From assembly GCA_049517335.1 (NCBI GenBank), contig JBEKSD010000003.1, positions 45,553-109,552 of the forward strand: a DNA stretch of 64,000 bases. The letters run 5' to 3'. Within the stretch, counting starts at the first letter, position 1. Each line of letters begins with the position of its first letter. This DNA comes from Candidatus Omnitrophota bacterium. GTDB lineage: Bacteria > Omnitrophota > Gorgyraeia > Gygaellales > Profunditerraquicolaceae. Positions 57,852-64,000 of the stretch are shown here, piece by piece. The position numbers and the translations under genes are program-made. The notes beneath the pieces are model-generated. The model ran no database searches and was not told where the DNA came from. It worked only from the letters and a program-made list of their open reading frames with translations.

Positions 57852-59354
57852 TTATGGCTTTCTTAAAATTTCCTTGTCTACTTTACCGGCGCGGTTCTTG
57901 GGAAGCGAAGAAACAAATTCAAAATAATGCGGAATCTTAAAATGCGCAAGGTGCTGGCGCAGGAAATAACGTAGGTCTTCTTCGTTTACGGTTTTATTTT
58001 CTTTTAAGACTATGAATGCCTTAGGCACTTCTCCCCTTAACTTATCGGTCATTCTCACTACCGCCGTTTCGGCGACATCAGGATGCCTCTGGATGGCGCT
58101 CTCAACTTCCGGCTCAAAAACTATCTCTCCGCCTACTTTAATCATTTCTTTTTTTCTTCCCACGATATAAAGAAACCCTTCTGTGTCAAACCTGCCCAAA
58201 TCTCCGGTGTGGAACCATCCGTTTTTAAGCGTTTCTTGAGTTAACTGCTCGTCTTTAAAATAACCATCGCTAACGACCCAGCTCTTTACAAGCACTTCTC
58301 CGGTTTCGCCGGTTTTTACTTCTTTGTCAGAATCATCTAGAATTTTAACTTCAACCCAGGGAAGCGGCCTGCCTACGCTTTCAATATTTTTTGAGCCCCG
58401 CGGCAGGACAACAGTAGGGGCATTGGTCTCGGTCATCCCCCATCCGTTTAAAAGGTGCGCGTTCGGGCAATATTGATGAAATCGGCGCAGGGCATCGGCT
58501 GAGTTTGAAGCGCCAAAGGTAACCATCCAGCGTAAAGTAGATAAATCAAATGTCTCAAATTCTTTTAAGTGTAAAACCGCATAATACATGGGAGGCACTA
58601 TCCAGAAACAGGTAACTTTAAAGGTTGGTATATTTTTCAGGAATTCCGAGGGGATAAAACGCTCCATTAAAACAAAGGTAAGTCCATGATAAATACAATT
58701 CTGAATGTAAATTAACCCTCCTAAATGCGAAAACGGGAGAGCACATAGCGCAACATCATCTTCTTTTATCCCCCCGACGAAAAAATCCATGGATTTAGGC
58801 GGAGCGCTTAATTGTAAATAGTTGATTAAAACACCCTTGGGTTTGCCGGTGCTGCCTGAGGTATAGAATATAATTGCGTAATCCTTATCTGCAATTTTAA
58901 CTTGCACAACTCCGGTGTCAGTTGCCTGCAGTAAATCAGCAAAGAAAAAGCATCCTTCTTCTTTGTCCTGGCAGGTAATGACCTGTTTTAGCCCTAAGCA
59001 TCTATTTTTCAGGTTCTTTACGCTTAAATTGGCCTTTGGCTTCATAATCAGGAACTTTGCTTCTGAATGCGAAATACAAGAGACCAATTCATCCTCAGTA
59101 AGCATGAAATCCAAAGGAATACAGGTTGCCCCGCTGATCCAAGTCGCAAGGTAAGTAAAAATATATTCCGGCCAGTTCGGAAGGTAGATTGCCACTTTAT
59201 CGCCTTTTTTTAGCCCTAACTTTATAAAGCCGCAGGCAAGGCGCAAACAGCTTTCCTTTAATTGCTTAAAGGTAATCTTCTCTCCCCTGAAAATTACCGC
59301 TGTTTTCAAAGGAGATTGTTCTGCCCTCTTATTTAGAATTTCCGCTATGCTCAT
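57852..59354 (-). CDS. Acyl-CoA ligase (AMP-binding, long-chain type)
   Basis: YTSGSTGKPKG, GWGMTE, TGDLG, GRKKEMI, PKNRAGK. Confidence 0.9.
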   Translation of the reverse strand: MSIAEILNKRAEQSPLKTAVIFRGEKITFKQLKESCLRLACGFIKLGLKKGDKVAIYLPNWPEYIFTYLATWISGATCIPLDFMLTEDELVSCISHSEAKFLIMKPKANLSVKNLKNRCLGLKQVITCQDKEEGCFFFADLLQATDTGVVQVKIADKDYAIIFYTSGSTGKPKGVLINYLQLSAPPKSMDFFVGGIKEDDVALCALPFSHLGGLIYIQNCIYHGLTFVLMERFIPSEFLKNIPTFKVTCFWIVPPMYYAVLHLKEFETFDLSTLRWMVTFGASNSADALRRFHQYCPNAHLLNGWGMTETNAPTVVLPRGSKNIESVGRPLPWVEVKILDDSDKEVKTGETGEVLVKSWVVSDGYFKDEQLTQETLKNGWFHTGDLGRFDTEGFLYIVGRKKEMIKVGGEIVFEPEVESAIQRHPDVAETAVVRMTDKLRGEVPKAFIVLKENKTVNEEDLRYFLRQHLAHFKIPHYFEFVSSLPKNRAGKVDKEILRKP

Positions 59355-59355
59355 A

Positions 59356-60807
59356 TTAAAAACCGTACCAATAATTAACCAAAGGCTTTGCGCCTTCAGT
59401 CTTATCCTGAATAATATTTTTAAGCCGTGTATATTCTAAGAACCCTTCCCTGCCTAGCTCTTTTCCAAAGCCACTTTGTTTAAAACCCCCGTAAGGAAGC
59501 TCGTTAAAAAACATTCCGTAGGTATTCACCCAAATTGTCCCTGCGGAAATTCTTGCGGAAAGTTCTTTTATTTTTGAAACATCCTTGCTCCAAATGCAGG
59601 CAGCCAAACCAAATTTGCTTGTATTTGCCAACTCTGCTGCTTCCTGCAAGGATGAAAATTTATTTATGCAGGTAACCGGGCCAAAAACTTCCTGCTGAAA
59701 GATATCTGCCTTTGGGTTCACTTCGCCAAGCACTGTGGGCTCAAAGAAAAATCCTTCTTTCAATAGGCTATCCCCAGGAATATTACCGCCGCATAATATT
59801 TTTGCCCCCTCTTTTACTGCCTGTTTCAGGAATGCGATAACTTTCTGACGCTGCGCATCGGAAATCAAAGGCCCCATCTGGGTTTCAAAATCACTCCCTA
59901 AGCCTATTTTAATCCGCCGGGCTTTTTCTAAGAAACTAGTGACAAATTTATCGTAGATTTTATCTTCTATTAAGATACGCGACATAGCCGTGCACATCTG
60001 GCCCTGATTCAGGAATATGGAGCAAAGTGAGCCGTTTACCGAAGCTTCCAAATCGCAATCTGCTAAAACAATAGCCGCGGATTTTCCTCCCAGTTCCATA
60101 GTCAACTTTTTGACATTGCCGGAACTGTATTCAATAATTTTCTTTCCCACCTCATTGCTTCCGGTGAAAGAAATCATGTCTACTCTCTTATCGCTACAGA
60201 GCGCCTTGCCGAGTTTCTCTCCACTGCCGTTTAATACTTTAAATACCCCTTCGGGTAACCCTACTTTATGGATAATCTTTTCCAATTCCAGGGCAGTTAA
60301 TGGAGTTAAGCTGGATGGTTTTAAAATAACCGTATTCCCCGCGCTAAGCGCCTGCGCAACTTTCCAGGAAGCGATTAATAAAGGATAATTCCAGGGTACA
60401 ATCAGGACAACTACCCCCATTGGTTCGCGGATAAAGGAGGCATTTACCGCGGCAATTTGGTTGCTGATATTTTTTTCTTCTGCTTTAAGAAAATCCTTTA
60501 AATTATTGGCAAAAAAGTTAAAAGTCTCAGCCGAAGAAGGAATATCCATAAAGGTTGATTCTTTAATCGGCTTACCCGTATTGAAAGTCTCTAACTGAGC
60601 GAGCTCGCCGGCATTATCAAGAATAGCTTGCGCTATTTTTAAGATGAAATCCTTGCGTTCCTCTAAGGAGAGCCTCGGCCAGGGGCCTTTGTCAAAAGCA
60701 ACACGAGCAGCGCTGATTGTCGCATCAATTTCTGCTTCAGAAGCGACATTTACTTCAGCAATAAGTTTTCCATTTGCCGGATTTATTATTTTTTGTTTTG
60801 CGCTCAT
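59356..60807 (-). CDS. Aldehyde dehydrogenase
   Basis: PWNYP, FTGS, ELGGKS, NQGQMC, EVFGP. Confidence 0.93.
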   Translation of the reverse strand: MSAKQKIINPANGKLIAEVNVASEAEIDATISAARVAFDKGPWPRLSLEERKDFILKIAQAILDNAGELAQLETFNTGKPIKESTFMDIPSSAETFNFFANNLKDFLKAEEKNISNQIAAVNASFIREPMGVVVLIVPWNYPLLIASWKVAQALSAGNTVILKPSSLTPLTALELEKIIHKVGLPEGVFKVLNGSGEKLGKALCSDKRVDMISFTGSNEVGKKIIEYSSGNVKKLTMELGGKSAAIVLADCDLEASVNGSLCSIFLNQGQMCTAMSRILIEDKIYDKFVTSFLEKARRIKIGLGSDFETQMGPLISDAQRQKVIAFLKQAVKEGAKILCGGNIPGDSLLKEGFFFEPTVLGEVNPKADIFQQEVFGPVTCINKFSSLQEAAELANTSKFGLAACIWSKDVSKIKELSARISAGTIWVNTYGMFFNELPYGGFKQSGFGKELGREGFLEYTRLKNIIQDKTEGAKPLVNYWYGF

Positions 60808-61805
60808 TTGAATTTCACCTGTTTAAATAATGAAAACAGCCGGGTAAAAGGCACATACCATTTTGAAAGCTGGCCCAGTTGTCCCGAAAGCTTCATCTTC
60901 CCCTGTGTAACTGCGACAAAAGAATCGAGTTTACCTAAAAATACCTGCTCCCAAACCGGACGGGGAGCGGAAATTACAAAAGGCGCATTAGCATCGTTAT
61001 CCAGCCGGATAATCCTCCCCTTTTCAAAAATAAATTTGTAGGCCTCTCCCGTATCATCCAGTTTAACTGCTAACTGCAGAGTCAAATCCAATTCTTTACC
61101 TTTTGAGGCGATAAAATCATCCTTATTTACCAAGTCAACAATAGCCTGAATATGCTCGCGGCTAAACATAGGATAACTGATATCGTTTTTAGTCAGGTCT
61201 TCTTTTAATGCCTCATCCTGCGCATCTAGGGTTTCTTGCTTAAAAAGCCGCGCAATTGAGGCAGTGCGCACAGCTTCTTCCAAGGCTTCAGTTAAATTTA
61301 AAGCATCAGCGAATTTATCGCCAATGGCAACACTACCGTGGTTTTTTAATACCACAAGGTTATCTTGTTTTAATCCTTCAATGACTAACTCCGGCTTGGT
61401 AACCGTAGGTGTTTCCTGTTTTATCACCGGAACTTCACCTAAGTAAAACTTGGTTTCAAAGGTCAGCGCTTTTAAGGAATCATTTAGCGCAAAATACCCA
61501 TTAATCAGCGGCGGATGGCAGTGCACAACCACTTTTGACGGGAAATGCTTATAAACTAAAGAGTGTAGCGGAAGCTCTGAACTGGGATTAGCTTTATCAA
61601 GGCATTTTCCGCTCTCTAATTCTACTTTTACTATATCGCTCTCAACTAAATTGCCTAAATTCGTGCCGCTTGCGGTAATTAGAATATATTTATCATCCAA
61701 CCGGCAGCTGATATTTCCGGATTTAGCCACAGCAAGGCCGGTTTCATAAAGGCGCCTACCCACTTTAATTATTTCTTCTTTAAGAATTTTCTCATTATTT
61801 GGCAT
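60804..61805 (-). CDS. Class II aldolase/adducin fused to a C-terminal SCP2 lipid-binding domain
   Basis: SGNIS, PSSELPLH, HCH and NHG Zn ligands; C-terminal W..VF.GKLD.F.A.TQGKMKLSG.L SCP2 signature. Confidence 0.8.
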   Translation of the reverse strand: MPNNEKILKEEIIKVGRRLYETGLAVAKSGNISCRLDDKYILITASGTNLGNLVESDIVKVELESGKCLDKANPSSELPLHSLVYKHFPSKVVVHCHPPLINGYFALNDSLKALTFETKFYLGEVPVIKQETPTVTKPELVIEGLKQDNLVVLKNHGSVAIGDKFADALNLTEALEEAVRTASIARLFKQETLDAQDEALKEDLTKNDISYPMFSREHIQAIVDLVNKDDFIASKGKELDLTLQLAVKLDDTGEAYKFIFEKGRIIRLDNDANAPFVISAPRPVWEQVFLGKLDSFVAVTQGKMKLSGQLGQLSKWYVPFTRLFSLFKQVKFK

Positions 61806-62721
61806 TACCCACCTCTAAATAAATGTGTTTGGTTATTAATTCTTTTGGCGTTACATCAAAGGCAGGATAAAATCCTTTTACTCCCCGTGGCGCAAGCCGC
61901 ACCCCCTGAAATTCAAGCAACTCCTTATCCGGGCGAATTTCAATTTTTATATCTTTTCCGCTTTTTGCCCTTGAAGGCGGCGGACATAAGACGTAAAAAG
62001 GTATCTTAAAATATTTTGCCAGCAGGGCTAACTGGTAAGTCCCGATCTTATTGGCAATATCTCCGTTAAGCGCCAGATTATCCGCTCCGACCATAACTTT
62101 GCTCACCTTACCCAGCGACATAACCGAGGCTGCCATACTATCAGTAATCACGGTAACATTATAACCAGCCTCGTGCAATTCCCAGGCAGTAAGCCGTGAG
62201 CCTTGCAAATACGGTCGTGTTTCGGCAACAAAAAAACTTATCTTCTTATTTTGTTTCTCGGCAAGCTCAGCGATTAAAGGCATTAAGCCGCTGACATTAC
62301 AATACGTCAAGACCACATCCCCGTCTTTTAAAAGGTGGGCTGCTTCTTCTGCCTGTCTGATGCGCGCATTTTTTAAGGACTCTAAAAAACCAAAAATACA
62401 TTTATCTATCCGCACACCTTGGCTAGCCCAGCCTAAGACCATATCGGTTAAAACTTTAAATGGCAGTGTGGGGCGCGTTTTATTAAGAGTTACGGCGACC
62501 TTTACTAAATCTTTTTTTTGCTCTAAAGAAAGCAGGAATGTATACATTACTAATAATACCTGCCCCACTGCGCGCGTTTTCATCTCCTTAATCGCCTTGG
62601 CTGCCTGCTGATAATTATGCGCTCTTATATATTTTACCTTTTTAGGCAGCAAAGTCTCATCTAAGATATAAATTGTGCCCTTCTTTAACTCAATGGGCCA
62701 GAAAAGCGGAGAAAATCTCAT
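61795..62721 (-). CDS. mtnA: Methylthioribose-1-phosphate isomerase-like (eIF2B-alpha family), divergent
   Basis: TRPT, TYCN, ETRPYLQGSRLTAWEL, NGDIANKIGTY, PAFDVTP. Confidence 0.8.
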   Translation of the reverse strand: MRFSPLFWPIELKKGTIYILDETLLPKKVKYIRAHNYQQAAKAIKEMKTRAVGQVLLVMYTFLLSLEQKKDLVKVAVTLNKTRPTLPFKVLTDMVLGWASQGVRIDKCIFGFLESLKNARIRQAEEAAHLLKDGDVVLTYCNVSGLMPLIAELAEKQNKKISFFVAETRPYLQGSRLTAWELHEAGYNVTVITDSMAASVMSLGKVSKVMVGADNLALNGDIANKIGTYQLALLAKYFKIPFYVLCPPPSRAKSGKDIKIEIRPDKELLEFQGVRLAPRGVKGFYPAFDVTPKELITKHIYLEVGNAK

Positions 62722-63470
62722 TACTTACCTTCCAGTTTTTTAACTACCCCTAAAGCGATCTTGATTAAATTGCTTTCCGCCATGTAATAAAGCGGGTTCA
62801 TAAAGCCCATCTCGCCTGTTACTACGTTATCGCTAACCGCTAAAATTGAGCCGGCTTTGATTTTGTAGGTTTGGGCAATGGTAAGCAGCGTAGAAGAAAC
62901 CATATCTACGGCTTTAGCTCCTTCTTTGCGTTTTGCTTCAACAATTTCTTTTGTTTCGCGAAGCAATGCGTCGGTAGTCCAGCAGGTGCCACGATACACA
63001 TTAACTCCCATTCCCTTGGCCACATCATACAAGGTATCGGCTATTTTCTTATCGGCTAACGTCTTAAAATCCTTATCTACATAATAAGGAGTAACTCCGT
63101 CACCGCGGATAATGTTATCCACCACGAATAAATCCCCGACTTTGATATTTTCATCCAAAGACCCGCAGGTGCCGATACGGATAATATTCGGAATTCCTGC
63201 ATTACACATAACCTCTGTTGTAATGGAAGTGTCAGTTGAGAACCTGCCGCCGTTAATCGCGGTTACTCTTATGCCTTCAAGATTACCCGTGTACATCGTG
63301 TATTCCATAAAAGAAAAATTCTTAACCGGATTTTCAATTTTCTTTAATAGCACTTCCAGCCTGTCCTTTGGCCCGGGCACAATGGCGTATTTGCCCACAT
63401 CCTGCGGCCGCAGCTGCACCATATCCGTCAAATCTTTACCAGTTAGATGAACATCCTTAACCATTTGCAT
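62721..63470 (-). CDS. Nucleoside phosphorylase (PNP/UDP family), divergent
   Basis: IVPGP..R, IIRIGTCG, IRGDG, TTDA..RE, VDMV, VSDN. Confidence 0.85.
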   Translation of the reverse strand: MQMVKDVHLTGKDLTDMVQLRPQDVGKYAIVPGPKDRLEVLLKKIENPVKNFSFMEYTMYTGNLEGIRVTAINGGRFSTDTSITTEVMCNAGIPNIIRIGTCGSLDENIKVGDLFVVDNIIRGDGVTPYYVDKDFKTLADKKIADTLYDVAKGMGVNVYRGTCWTTDALLRETKEIVEAKRKEGAKAVDMVSSTLLTIAQTYKIKAGSILAVSDNVVTGEMGFMNPLYYMAESNLIKIALGVVKKLEGK

Positions 63471-63502
63471 CTTATTTCTCCTTTTATGTTATTTTATGAA
63501 CT

Positions 63503-63567
63503 CGCGGGTCCTGCCTGCCGCGCCATTCTACCATACTCGCTCTTCGCTACGCGCGACAGGATCCTCG
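63503..63567. repeat. GC-rich imperfect hairpin (REP-like) upstream of the phosphorylase operon
   Basis: CGCGGGTCCTG...CAGGATCCTCG outer stem and CGCGC/GCGCG inner stem. Confidence 0.5.
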
Positions 63568-63686
63568 GTTTGTTAGCCACCCGAAAAAAATTAACTACTC
63601 CCTAGCTTTCTTTTCTAAGAGGACGCCCTTCTATTTTTTTACGCATTTGTTGGATATTCTCCTTAAGTACCGTGTCCCCGGAATTC

Positions 63687-64000
63687 TTATTCTTTTACTA
63701 CTTCAATGTGGTCGAAATTATACCACTGGCCGTTTTCATCTCCTGAATATTCAATATACGCCCTAATTATGCTTCCCGGATTAATTATCAGATTTTTATC
63801 GATAAAATCCCTTGGCCTTATAGCGCGGACCTCCATTATTTTTCCCGGAGTATAAACATCGCAAGTCATTGTTTCAGAAATTCCCGGCTTCACCATTTTT
63901 TCTACCTTAATTATTTGTATTTTCATACCTACAGAGATTAAATCTTTCGTAATGTATTCACCGTTCTTGACCAGAGTTTCATTTATTTCTAAAACCTGCG
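63687..64000 (-). CDS. Hypothetical protein (5' end beyond the window)
   Basis: The reading frame stays open upstream of the listed ATG to the window edge (QVLEINETLVKNGEYITKDLISVG-MKIQ...). Confidence 0.55.
   Translation of the reverse strand, partial: QVLEINETLVKNGEYITKDLISVGMKIQIIKVEKMVKPGISETMTCDVYTPGKIMEVRAIRPRDFIDKNLIINPGSIIRAYIEYSGDENGQWYNFDHIEVVKE

Overview
A 64-kb window from an anaerobic diderm bacterium. LptE, BamD, PagL and LpxL plus FprA and rubredoxin support this; Candidatus Omnitrophota/PVC is an inference from gene content, not a tested assignment. Nearly all genes are on the minus strand. In order: (1) an Rrf2-led oxidative/nitrosative-stress operon (rubredoxin, fprA, ferritin-like, glutaredoxin, trxB; 1-5.2 kb); (2) a PagL / ArnEF-like pair / DegT / arginase-like / class III aminotransferase / HAD cluster (5.3-11.1 kb); (3) housekeeping and envelope genes, including an unannotated 26-aa bL37-like ribosomal protein, lnt, secA, frameshifting prfB, a Walker-B-degenerate PilT, uvrC, murJ, rpsT, holA, lptE and bamD; (4) a probable ~7.6-kb accessory insertion between bamD and leuS with redox genes, lgt and a pyruvate kinase lacking its C-domain; (5) leuS and divergent tRNA-Ala(GGC)/tRNA-Leu(CAA); (6) a ~12.6-kb integrative element in tRNA-Leu with a 17-bp att duplication, arm-type repeats, tyrosine integrase, excisionase, resolvase, a primase-CTD/wHTH Rep-like gene, repeat-rich ori-like DNA, and nuclease/SIR2/HNH/membrane cargo; (7) tesA-like, rlmN and an operon encoding a divergent nucleoside phosphorylase, a divergent MtnA, a class II aldolase-SCP2 fusion, an ALDH and an acyl-CoA ligase. 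The best candidates for undescribed biology are the extended DHAP-shunt-like operon and the island with its defence-like cargo. All family calls come from motif recognition by eye; no database searches were run.
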